A stretch of 61,398 nt of DNA, filler included, from Nemertoderma westbladi (lineage: Eukaryota; Animalia; Xenacoelomorpha), in the NCBI GenBank assembly GCA_032718475.1. It is 3 parts of 3 records of this genome, joined end to end, with 100 filler letters (N's around TTAATTAATTAA, not from the genome) between each part and the next. Parts side by side here need not be neighbours in the genome. Positions count along the whole stretch, not along the records: positions 1 to 31,767 come from JAUCBJ010004102.1; 2 more parts are not named here. One strand, given 5' to 3'. Within the stretch, counting starts at the first letter, position 1. Every line of letters starts with the position of its first letter. The position numbers and the translations under genes were made by a program. The notes below the pieces were generated by a model, which saw nothing but the letters and a program-made list of their open reading frames with translations, ran no database searches and was not told the origin of the DNA. Below, piece after piece: positions 11,940 through 24,200 of this stretch.

Positions 11940-14900
11940 TAATTTACAGTAACGGTTAGTTCTAACTCATGTGGTTGTTCTAATTTACTGTAACAGTCAG
12001 TTCTAACTTATGTGGTTGTTCTAATTTACTGTAACAGTCAGTTCTAACTCATGTGGTTGTTCTAATTTACTGTAACAGTCAGTTCTAACTTATGTGGATG
12101 TTCTAATTTACTGTAACAGTTAGTTCTAACTCATGTGGTTGTTCTAATTTACTGTAACAGTCAGTTCTAACTTATGTGGTTGTTCTAATTTACTGAAACA
12201 GTCAGTTCTAACTTATGTGGATGTTCTAATTTACTGTAACAGTTAGTTCTAACTCATGTGGTTGTTCTAATTTACTGTAACAGTCAGTTCTAACTTATGT
12301 GGTTGTTCTAATTTACTGTAACAGTCAGTTCTAACTTATGTGGTTGTTCTAATTTACTGTAACAGTCAGTTCCAACTCATGTGGTTGTTCTAATTTACTG
12401 TAACAGTCAGTTCTAACTTATGTGGATGTTCTAATTTACTGTAACAGTTAGTTCTAACTCATGTGGTTGTTCTAATTTACTGTAACAGTCAGTTCTAACT
12501 TATGTGGTTGTTCTAATTTACTGTAACAGTCAGTTCTAACTCATGTGGTTGTTCTAATTTACTGTAACAGTCAGTTCTAACTCATGTGGTTGTTCTAATT
12601 TACTGTAACAGTCAGTTCTAACTTATGTGGATGTTCTAATTTACTGTAACAGTTAGTTCTAACTCATGTGGTTGTTCTAATTTACTGTAACAGTCAGTTC
12701 TAACTTATGTGGTTGTTCTAATTTACTGTAACAGTCAGTTCTAACTTATGTGGTTGTTCTAATTTACTGTAACAGTCAGTTCCAACTCATGTGGTTGTTC
12801 TAATTTACTGTAACAATCAGTTCTAACTCATGTGGTTGTTCTAATTTACTGTAACCGTCAGTTCTAACTCATGTGGTTGTTCTAATTTACTGTAACAGTC
12901 AGTTCTAACTTATGTGGTTATTCTAATTTACTGTAACAGTCAGTTCTAACTTATGTGGTTGTTCTAATTTATTGTAACAGTTAGCTCTAACTTATGTGGT
13001 TGTTCTAATTTACTGTAACAGTCAGTTCTAACTCAGGTGGTTGTTCTAATTTACTGTAACAGTCAGTTCTAACTTATGTGGATGTTCTAATTTACTGTAA
13101 CAGTCGGTTCTAACTTATGTGGTTGTTCTAATTTACTGTAACAGTCAGTTCCAACTCATGTGGTTGTTCTAATTTACTGTAACAGTCAGTTCTAACTCAT
13201 GTGGTTGTTCTAATTTACTGTAACAGTCAGTTCTAACTCATGTGGTTGTTCTAATTTACTGTAACAGTCAGTTCTAACTTATGTGGATGTTCTAATTTAC
13301 TGTAACAGTTAGTTCTAACTCATGTGGTTGTTCTAATTTACTGTAACAGTCAGTTCCAACTCATGTGGTTGTTCTAATTTACTGTAACAGTCAGTTCTAA
13401 CTTATGTGGATGTTCTAATTTACTGTAACAGTTAGTTCTAACTCATGTGGTTGTTCTAATTTACTGTAACAGTCAGTTCTAACTTATGTGGTTGTTCTAA
13501 TTTACTGTAACAGTCAGTTCTAACTCATGTGGTTGTTCTAATTTACTGTAACAGTCAGTTCTAACTCATGTGGTTGTTCTAATTTACTGTAACAGTCAGT
13601 TCTAACTTATGTGGATGTTCTAATTTACTGTAACAGTTAGTTCTAACTCATGTGGTTGTTCTAATTTACTGTAACAGTCAGTTCTAACTTATGTGGTTGT
13701 TCTAATTTACTGTAACAGTCAGTTCTAACTTATGTGGTTGTTCTAATTTACTGTAACAGTCAGTTCCAACTCATGTGGTTGTTCTAATTTACTGTAACAA
13801 TCAGTTCTAACTCATGTGGTTGTTCTAATTTACTGTAACCGTCAGTTCTAACTCATGTGGTTGTTCTAATTTACTGTAACAGTCAGTTCTAACTTATGTG
13901 GTTATTCTAATTTACTGTAACAGTCAGTTCTAACTTATGTGGTTGTTCTAATTTATTGTAACAGTTAGCTCTAACTTATGTGGTTGTTCTAATTTACTGT
14001 AACAGTCAGTTCTAACTCAGGTGGTTGTTCTAATTTACTGTAACAGTCAGTTCTAACTTATGTGGATGTTCTAATTTACTGTAACAGTCGGTTCTAACTC
14101 ATGTGGTTGTTCTAATTTACTGTAACAGTCAGTTCTAACTCATGTGGTTGTTCTAATTTACTGTAACAGTCAGTTCTAACTCATGTGGTTGTTCTAATTT
14201 ACTGTAACAGTCAGTTCTAACTCAGGTGGTTGTTCTAATTTACTGAAACAATCAGTTCTAACTTATGTGGTTGTTCTAATTTACTGTAACAGTCGGTTCT
14301 AACTCATGTGGTTGTTCTAATTTACTGTAACAGTCAGTTCTAACTCATGTGGTTGTTCTAATTTACTGTAACAGTCAGTTCTAACTCATGTGGTTGTTCT
14401 AATTTACTGTAACAGTCAGTTCTAACTCAGGTGGTTGTTCTAATTTACTGAAACAATCAGTTCTAACTTATGTGGTTGTTCTAATTTACTGTAACAGTCG
14501 GTTCTAACTCATGTGGTTGTTCTAATTTACTGTAACAGTCAGTTCTAACTCATGTGGTTGTTCTAATTTACTGTAACAGTCAGTTCTAACTCATGTGGTT
14601 GTTCTAATTTACTGTAACAGTCAGTTCTAACTCATGTGGTTGTTCTAATTTACTGTAACAGTCAGTTCTAACTCATGTGGTTGTTCTAATTTACTGTAAC
14701 AGTCAGTTCTAACTCAGGTGGTTGTTCTAATTTACTGAAACAATCAGTTCTAACTTATGTGGTTGTTCTAATTTACTGTAACAGTCGGTTCTAACTCATG
14801 TGGTTGTTCTAATTTACTGTAACAGTCAGTTCTAACTTATGTGGATGTTCTAATTTACTGTAACAGTCGGTTCTAACTCATGTGGTTGTTCTAATTTACT

Positions 14901-16846
14901 GTAACAGTCAGTTCTAACTCATGTGGTTGTTCTAATTTACTGTAACAGTCAGTTCTAACTCATGTGGTTGTTCTAATTTACTGTAACAGTCAGTTCTAAC
15001 TCAGGTGGTTGTTCTAATTTACTGAAACAATCAGTTCTAACTTATGTGGTTGTTCTAATTTACTGTAACAGTCGGTTCTAACTCATGTGGTTGTTCTAAT
15101 TTACTGTAACAGTCAGTTCTAACTCATGTGGTTGTTCTAATTTACTGTAACAGTCAGTTCTAACTCATGTGGTTGTTCTAATTTACTGTAACAGTCAGTT
15201 CTAACTTATGTGGATGTTCTAATTTACTGTAACAGTCAGTTCTAACTCATGTGGTTGTTCTAATTTACTGTAACAGTCAGTTCTAACTTATGTGGATGTT
15301 CTAATTTACTGTAACAGTCGGTTCTAACTCATGTGGTTGTTCTAATTTACTGTAACAGTCAGTTCTAACTCATGTGGTTGTTCTAATTTACTGTAACAGT
15401 CAGTTCTAACTCATGTGGTTGTTATAATTTACTGTAACAGTCAGTTCTAACTTATGTGGATGTTCTAATTTACTGTAACAGTCGGTTCTAACTCATGTGG
15501 TTGTTCTAATTTACTGTAACAGTCAGTTCTAACTCATGAGGTTGTTCTAATTTACTGTAACAGTCAGTTCTAACTCATGTGGTTGTTCTAATTTACTGTA
15601 ACAGTCGGTTCTAACTCATGTGGTTGTTCTAATTTACTGTAACAGTCAGTTCTAACTCATGTGGTTGTTCTAATTTACTGTAACAGTCAGTTCTAATTCA
15701 TGTGGTTGTTCTAATTTACTGTAACAGTCAGTTCTAACTCATGTGGTTGTTCTAATTTACTGTAACAGTCAGTTCTAACTCATGTGGTTGTTCTAATTTA
15801 CTGTAACAGTCAGTTCTAACTCAGGTGGTTGTTCTAATTTACTGAAACAATCAGTTCTAACTTATGTGGTTGTTCTAATTTACTGTAACAGTCGGTTCTA
15901 ACTCATGTGGTTGTTCTAATTTACTGTAACAGTCAGTTCTAACTCATGTGGTTGTTCTAATTTACTGTAACAGTCAGTTCTAACTCATGTGGTTGTTCTA
16001 ATTTACTGTAACAGTCAGTTCTAACTCATGTGGTTGTTCTAATTTACTGTAACAGTCAGTTCTAACTCATGTGGTTGTTCTAATTTACTGTAACAGTCAG
16101 TTCTAACTCAGGTGGTTGTTCTAATTTACTGAAACAATCAGTTCTAACTTATGTGGTTGTTCTAATTTACTGTAACAGTCGGTTCTAACTCATGTGGTTG
16201 TTCTAATTTACTGTAACAGTCAGTTCTAACTCATGTGGTTGTTCTAATTTACTGTAACAGTCAGTTCTAACTCATGTGGTTGTTCTAATTTACTGTTTCT
16301 AATTTACAGTAACAGTCAGTTCTAACTCATGTGGTTGTTCTAATTTACTGTAACAATCAGTTCTAACTTATGTGGTTGTTATAATTTACTGTAACAGTCA
16401 GTTCTAACTCATGTGGTTGTTCTAATTTACTGTAACAGTCAGTTCTAACTTATGTGGTTGTTCTAATTTACTGTAACAATCAGTTCTAACTTATGTGGTT
16501 GTTATAATTTACTGTAACAGTCAGTTCTAACTCATGTGGTTATTCTAATTTACTGTAACAGTCAGTTCTAACTTATGTGGTTGTTCTAATTTACTGTAAC
16601 AATTAGTTCTAACTTATGTGGTTGTTATAATTTACAGTAACAGTCAGTTCTAACTTATGTGGTTATTCTAATTTACTGTAACAGTCAGTTCTAACTTATG
16701 TGGTTGTTCTAATTTACTGTAACAATTAGTTCTAACTTATGTGGTTGTTATAATTTACTGTAACAGTCAGTTCTAACTCATGTGGTTGTTCTAATTTACT
16801 GTAACAGTCAGTTCTAACTCATGTGGTTATTCTAATTTACTGTAAT
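11937..16846. repeat. Satellite A: 41-bp unit CTGTAACAGTCAGTTCTAACT(C/T)ATGTGGTTGTTCTAATTTA, ~120 copies
   Basis: Period of 41 checked (ttctaac at 12001 and 12042). One detached unit lies at ~11411-11457. Confidence 0.98.
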
Positions 16847-17756
16847 GAACACTAACGAAACTATTCTGTTGAGGTTGCGGTACACTGTGGACATCCCCCC
16901 TCCCCCAGGGTTCTATGTACAGCCAATGGCCCATAACTTTGGTTCAAGTCGATATTATTAAATACTAGCTGACAATACCCGAGGCGGGTTACCCCGTATT
17001 TCCCGATAATTGTATTGCTAGCTAGGCTTACCTAATGCAGAATGTAGTACCATTAATGTGTACGGTAATTCAAAAAACCGAGCCGGTACCGGTTCCGCCA
17101 AAATTGGCAATAACCGGTACCGAACGTGAATTAAACTTTTCGAAAAGTGGCCTATAATGAGCGCTCTTAAAGTTATTCACACATGCCAAGTCCCAGCGCA
17201 ATCCCTCCGCCCGTTATGGGGGGAATTCGAGCACAACAGAGAAACTTATTGGAATTACACAAAAATATTAATAGATAGCGATAGGCCACCATACAGCTGG
17301 GATATAGGCGTTCAAGATGGCAAGAATTATCGTAGCTGCCTTTTATTCTATTTAACAAAAATATACACAACATTCTGGAATATTTTAATTATGTGTGTGT
17401 AGCTATACGCAATACAGATATTGTGTAGTCACATCGTCGTTGCCCATAGATATTCATGAGATATCTAAAACGTTCCAGAACGGTGTGTACTTATCAAATA
17501 TAATATGGCCTCCAAAGAACGAAAATTCTTGCAATCTTCGAACGCATATCAGCTGTTTTTCAACAAAATTCAGATATTGTTTGCAATTATTGCAAATCTT
17601 TCTAATTATATATAAAATAAAAATCACGACTAATGTGAAGAATGCCACGACATGGCGAGTGCAATGATCCCTGAACGGACAAACAGATAGGCCTATTAGC
17701 TACCGGTACCCTGGCGGATGCGTCCTTAAATTGGGCACAGATTTGCTAAGTCGGCA

Positions 17757-17844
17757 ATGACGTCCAGGTGGGATCGAACTGGTGACCTCCGGGTTGGAAG
17801 TCTGACACTCTAACCACCATTCAGCTAGTGGCTCAGGTAAAAGG
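17757..17844 (-). mobile_element. tRNA-derived SINE head, left inverted copy
   Basis: Near reverse complement of 18089-18179; contains GGATCGAAC, the reverse of the B box. Confidence 0.7.
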
Positions 17845-18088
17845 TAGACCTGGAAATACTTCATGATATGATGCCTTGTATGTCCGCAATTTACCTCCTC
17901 ATGGCCTCCCATCTGTCAATACCATAATTATACAATTATTAAAGAGTATGGGAACCAGGGGTCTATCTCCCTTTAAATCTTTAACTCCAAACTCTTTAAT
18001 AATTACAATGAACAACTCCCTTAAGACGGCGTGTCGGCAAACCCGATAATTATACAATATTATGTCAATACGTAGTATTTCCAAGTCT

Positions 18089-18179
18089 CCTTTTACCTGA
18101 GCCTGAGCAGCTAGCTGAATGGTTAGAGTATCAGACTTCCAACCCGGAGGTCACCAGTTCGATCCCACCTGGAAGTCAT
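18089..18179 (+). mobile_element. tRNA-derived SINE head, right copy
   Basis: A-box-like TAGCTGAATGGT, loop acttccaa, B-box-like GTTCGATCC. Confidence 0.7.
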
Positions 18180-18750
18180 AACTGACTTTGCCAAGCTGCG
18201 CCCAACAAAAGTTATAATAATATAAAAACCACCCATTCACACAAAACACCAACAAGACGTCCTTTAAACCAACCAGCTAACCGTAATCAGCAGTCAGCTC
18301 ACTGGAAGCTTCCATTCTGCGGTCAATCTATTCCAATTCCGAACGAAATGCGGTGCTAAACATAAGTTTGCAAAGCTACAAATATGACCGCAAATTACAC
18401 CAGTGTACAGTAGTATATGAACGCGGCAAGGATTACTTATAGCAAAGTTGTCCTAGGATCACGGTCATTGAACGTAGGCCATTATTAGTAAGAAAAAGTT
18501 GGATTAAAAAAAGTTGTATTATATACAACCAATGTAATTGAAGATAAAAGTCCTAGGAAAATAATAGTCCTTTGTTTCCACTTCCATTCATGTACATACA
18601 TCTAGTAATTGTAGGACAAATAAAAGAAAACACACTTAATTTAGAAACACCCGTTATAAATAGTTCCACCGGGACATTTAGTGAAATAATAATTAATTAT
18701 TACATAGGAATAAAAGTAGAAACTGCTCTTTCTAAAAATAATTAGAATAC

Positions 18751-18906
18751 AGAATAATTATTTATTGAATGGTAAATAACGTGGAACATATTTTCACTAT
18801 ACGCTCTCGATTCTTTATTAACCTCGTTACGCTCGGTAAATAAAATATCTCGAGTATAGTGAAAATAATGTTCTACATTATTTACCATGCAATAAATATT
18901 TATTCT
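18751..18906. mobile_element. Short fold-back (hairpin) element
   Basis: Imperfect palindrome: atttattgaatggtaaataa...ttttcactatac versus gtatagtgaaaa...ttatttaccatgcaataaat, with centre cctcgttacgctcgg. Confidence 0.7.
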
Positions 18907-19260
18907 TCATTTGGATGGAGTTTACAGCATTGGTAATAAAAAAAAAAAGGTTAGAATGTTTCAACATTGGTTCTCCATCCAGTTCTATTGTACAGATAGG
19001 ATTAGAAATTTGAAAAATACAATAAGATATTTTACAATTTTTTATCAAATACTAAAATTTCATCACAACTGATGGTATTTATAAATCATAGGTGCAGTGT
19101 TTTTTGGATTTTAATCCACTCCAGATAACAAAATTATATAAAACAACTTAAAATATCGAATTTTTAAAAGCATTCACACAATTTTGGAACAAACAGCCTC
19201 TCATCTCTCACTATATGCACTAATCTGTTGTTACCTGGCAACGTCGTTACTGGTACTTAC

Positions 19261-19455
19261 CCACATCCAACACGTCGCCCTTAGGTTGGTCTGCGTTCAC
19301 CGTTTGGTAAACGGAAGAGTAACTCTCCAATAGACCATCGACATTACGGTGATATTCAATGAGACGGGAAACGATCCCCTCAGAGTGGCTGTCCTCGACC
19401 AATCTCTGTTCAACTGACGGATCAGCTGGCCAATCAAACGTCGTATGGTACACGT
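19261..19455 (-). CDS. AK8: AK8-like exon (lid region to end of the first adenylate kinase domain), phase 1-1
   Basis: attag|AC GTG TAC... encodes (D)VYHTTFDWPADPSVEQRL...LIEYHRNVDGLLESYSSVYQTVNADQPKGDVLDV, then G|gtaagt. Matches recalled AK8 motifs YHTTFDWP, EYHRN and ADQP. Confidence 0.9.
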
Positions 19456-20374
19456 CTAATAGAGTAAAATATTAGAATTAGATATATAGCAAGTATATAA
19501 GTATATAAGTATATAAGTATAGTATATAATTAGAATATATAACGATTTAAAACGATACTGAAACTGTAACTTAAAATTATATTGAAATTTTTGTAACATT
19601 AATTTACAGATTTAATATACGTAAAAAAAACTTCACGATTTAAAATAAACAACTGTATGATTATCATATTTGTAATTTACGATGTACGCATTTCGGCCTC
19701 CCGGATAAAAAGAAAAAAATAATTATTTACAACCCGGCGGCAAAGACCCTCATAGACCAATTTAATACTTTCAAAATTTGTTTTGAATTTTGAAATTTTT
19801 GTAATTATTTCAGTAGATTATTTCAGTTATTCCACAGCAGTACCGGAATATTGTTAAAAGAAATTGAGAAAAATATACCGCTTACTGTAACTAGAATAAA
19901 CGCAATTCCACATTTTGAATAATCTCATATGGTAAACTGTAACTAAAATCGAATCAAGATGCGATAGCAAACTAAAGAGGTAACTGTAAGATAAATTATT
20001 TAGATTTTATTTCAGTTACAACAATTTTTGTTCGGTTAAATGGGGCATTGGAGATATCGGGGAGAAATAGGAAAAAAACTACCGCAACTAAACAAACTCG
20101 GGTGCCGTATAAGATATTGAATTGATTAAGTAAATTATATACTTAACGTGACGTCAAAAATGAAATTAGAATCCAAAGATGCTTATTGAGCAATAAAAAA
20201 AACCACAAAAAAAAATAAAAAACACAAATCCGCGGCAAAAAAACATAAGAATTAAAAAACACAGATCGCCTGCAAAATATAAAAAATAATTAAGACCAAT
20301 AAATTAAAACCCGGCTAATTATTCTAAAACATTGATTCACAAATATTAAAACATTCGATAATAACATAACTAAC

Positions 20375-20528
20375 CCCCAGTCTCGGGGTCTACCCTTTTG
20401 CCTTCTTGTCTCTCGACAAGAACGCTATCCGGAGCTTCTAGAAGTACTACATGCTTCGCTAAGATACCAATCCTCTGAAGGGCTTGAGCTTCAGGGCGTG
20501 AGTGAGGCATACCGTCGAGCAACCAACC
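20375..20528 (-). CDS. AK8: AK8-like exon, phase 0-1 (not called as such in the ORF track)
   Basis: ttttag|GGTTGG... 154 nt encodes GWLLDGMPHSRPEAQALQRIGILAKHVVLLEAPDSVLVERQEGKRVDPETG, then G|gttagt. Contains the adenylate kinase GWxLDGxP motif and the AK8-type APDxVLxERxxGKRxDPxTG motif. Confidence 0.92.
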
Positions 20529-20600
20529 CTAAAACATACCGGTAATGAGTTAGGTATAAGGATAGTAAACAAAACATAGAACAGGATGAGTTAGGTATAA

Positions 20601-21214
20601 GGGGCCGTGCACAAATGATGCCACGCTTTTTTTTGACGATTTTCGACCACCCCCCCCCCCCCCCCCTCCCCCCTCTGTCACAATCTGTCACGAATATTGT
20701 AACCCCCATCCCCCCTTGAACGTCACGTCACAAAAAAAACCCAGTATAGTTAATAAAAACTGTTAAATTTTAAATTATTTTGTTATTAAAACTAAATGTT
20801 AAAACTTCATTAATTCAGCTGTACACAATGACTAAACAAAGTAAGACACCCCACATAATCACTCCCATGGGAATGACGACATCTTAGTGGACAAGTGGAC
20901 CAGGTATACGATCGACTATTGTGCCACTTCCTGGGTCTAACTCTACCTCGTCCTTATCTACCCAGTCAATGTGATGTCCTTCATCTTTATCGCCACTTAG
21001 AATTAACACTTTATCACCTCGATTCGCGATTACTTGAATAGATTTCACTTTGGCTGTTGATGTTGGTGTTATGTATTTTATTTGTTCACCAAAGTGCTAT
21101 TGTGACGTCACAAGTATAGCAACCCCCCCCCCCCCCGCCCCCATGTCAGAAATTATCACAAAATTGCCAACCCCATCTCCCCCTTCGACTGTGACATTAT
21201 TTATGCACGGCCCC
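20601..21214. mobile_element. PIF/Harbinger-type MITE
   Basis: TIRs GGGGCCGTGCA...TGCACGGCCCC with a 3-bp TAA target duplication (20598-20600, 21215-21217). Inserted into the ggtaTAAggtac site of a satellite B unit. Confidence 0.88.
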
Positions 21215-24200
21215 TAAGGTACAATAACCAACCCTGAAACAGAATGAGTTAGGTATAAGGTACAATAACCAACCCTGAAACAGAATGAGTTAGGTATAAG
21301 GTACAATAACCAACCCTAAAACAGAATGAGTTAGGTATAAGGTACAACAACCAACCCTAAAACAGAATGAGTTAGGTATAAGGTACAACAACCAACCCTA
21401 AAACAGAATGAGTTAGGTATAAGGTACAACAACCAACCCTAAAACAGAATGAGTTAGGTATAAGGTACAATAACCAACCCTAAAACAGAATGAGTTAGGT
21501 ATAAGGTACAATAACCAACCCTAAAACAGAATGAGTTAGGTATAAGGTACAATAACCAACCCTAAAACAGAATGAGTTAGGTATAAGGTACAACAACCAA
21601 CCCTAAAACAGAATGAGTTAGGTATAAGGTACAACAACCAACCCTAAAACAGAATGAGTTAGATATAAGGTACAATAACCAACCCTAAAAGAGAATGAGT
21701 TAGGTATAAGGTACAACAACCAACCCTAAAACAGAATGAGTTAGGTATAAGGTACAACAACCAACCCTAAAACAGAATGAGTTAGGTAAGGTACAATAAC
21801 CAACCCTAAAACAGAATGAGTTAGGTATAAGGTACAATAACCAACCCTAAAACAGAATGAGTTAGGTATAAGGTACAATAACCAACCCTAAAACAGAATG
21901 AGTTAGGTATAAGGTACAACAACCAACCCTAAAACAGAATGAGTTAGGTATAAGGTACAATAACCAACCCTAAAACAGAATGAGTTAGGTATAAGGTACA
22001 ACAACCAACCCTAAAACAGAATGAGTTAGGTATAAGGTACAACAACCAACCCTAAAACAGAATGAGTTAGGTATAAGGTACAATAACCAACCCTAAAACA
22101 GAATGAGTTAGGTATAAGGTACAATAACCAACCCTAAAACAGAATGAGTTAGGTATAAGGTACAATAACCAACCCTAAAACAGAATGAGTTAGGTATAAG
22201 GTACAACAACCAACCCTAAAACAGAATGAGTTAGGTATAAGGTACAACAACCAACCCTAAAACAGAATGAGTTAGATATAAGGTACAATAACCAACCCTA
22301 AAAGAGAATGAGTTAGGTATAAGGTACAACAACCAACCCTAAAACAGAATGAGTTAGGTATAAGGTACAACAACCAACCCTAAAACAGAATGAGTTAGGT
22401 AAGGTACAATAACCAACCCTAAAACAGAATGAGTTAGGTATAAGGTACAATAACCAACCCTAAAACAGAATGAGTTAGGTATAAGGTACAATAACCAACC
22501 CTAAAACAGAATGAGTTAGGTATAAGGTACAACAACCAACCCTAAAACAGAATGAGTTAGGTATAAGGTACAATAACCAACCCTAAAACAGAATGAGTTA
22601 GGTATAAGGTACAACAACCAACCCTAAAACAGAATGAGTTAGGTATAAGGTACAACAACCAACCCTAAAACAGAATGAGTTAGGTATAAGGTACAACAAC
22701 CAACCCTAAAACAGAATGAGTTAGGTATAAGGTACAACAACCAACCCTGAAACAGAATGAGTTAGGTATAAGGTACAATAACCAACCCTAAAACAGAATG
22801 AGTTAGGTATAAGGTACAACAACCAACCCTAAAACAGAATGAGTTAGGTATAAGGTACAACAACCAACCCTAAAACAGAATGAGTTAGGTATAAGGTACA
22901 ATAACCAACCCTAAAACAGAATGAGTTAGGTATAAGGTACAATAACCAACCCTAAAACAGAATGAGTTAGGTATAAGGTACAATAACCAACCCTAAAACA
23001 GAATGAGTTAGGTATAAGGTACAACAACCAACCCTAAAACAGAATGAGTTAGGCATAAGGTACAATAACCAACCCTAAAACAGAATGAGTTAGGTATAAG
23101 GTACAATAACCAACCCTAAAACAGAATGAGTTAGGTATAAGGTACAATAACCAACCCTAAAACAGAATGAGTTAGGTATAAGGTACAACAACCAACCCTA
23201 AAACAGAATGAGTTAGATATAAGGTACAATAACCAACCCTAAAAGAGAATGAGTTAGGTATAAGGTACAACAACCAACCCTAAAACAGAATGAGTTAGGT
23301 ATAAGGTACAACAACCAACCCTAAAACAGAATGAGTTAGGCATAAGGTACAATAACCAACCCTAAAACAGAATGAGTTAGGTATAAGGTACAACAACCAA
23401 CCCTAAAACAGAATGAGTTAGGTATAAGGTACAATAACCAACCCTAAAACAGAATGAGTTAGGTATAAGGTACAATAACCAACCCTAAAACAGAATGAGT
23501 TAGGTATAAGGTACAACAACCAACCCTAAAACAGAATGAGTTAGGTATAAGGTACAACAACCAACCCTAAAACAGAATGAGTTAGGTATAAGGTACAATA
23601 ACCAACCCTAAAACAGAATGAGTTAGGTATAAGGTACAATAACCAACCCTAAAAGAGAATGAGTTAGGTATAAGGTACAACAACCAACCCTAAAACAGAA
23701 TGAGTTAGGTATAAGGTACAATAACCAACCCTAAAACAGAATGAGTTAGGTATAAGGTACAATAACCAACCCTAAAAGAGAATGAGTTAGGTATAAGGTA
23801 CAACAACCAACCCTAAAACAGAATGAGTTAGGTATAAGGTACAACAACCAACCCTAAAACAGAATGAGTTAGGTAAGGTACAATAACCAACCCTAAAACA
23901 GAATGAGTTAGGTATAAGGTACAACAACCAACCCTAAAACAGAATGAGTTAGGTATAAGGTACAACAACCAACCCTAAAACAGAATGAGTTAGGTATAAG
24001 GTACAACAACCAACCCTAAAACAGAATGAGTTAGGTATAAGGTACAACAACCAACCCTAAAACAGAATGAGTTAGGTAAGGTACAATAACCAACCCTAAA
24101 AGAGAATGAGTTAGGTATAAGGTACAACAACCAACCCTAAAACAGAATGAGTTAGGTATAAGGTACAACAACCAACCCTAAAACAGAATGAGTTAGGTAA

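Noticed and set aside
18108-18175. Functional tRNA gene
   Set aside because: Acceptor and T stems do not pair well; better explained as a SINE head.
18356-18385. Possible next AK8 exon (tgtag|..ALQTYV)
   Set aside because: In-frame TAG after six codons and no second P-loop motif follows.
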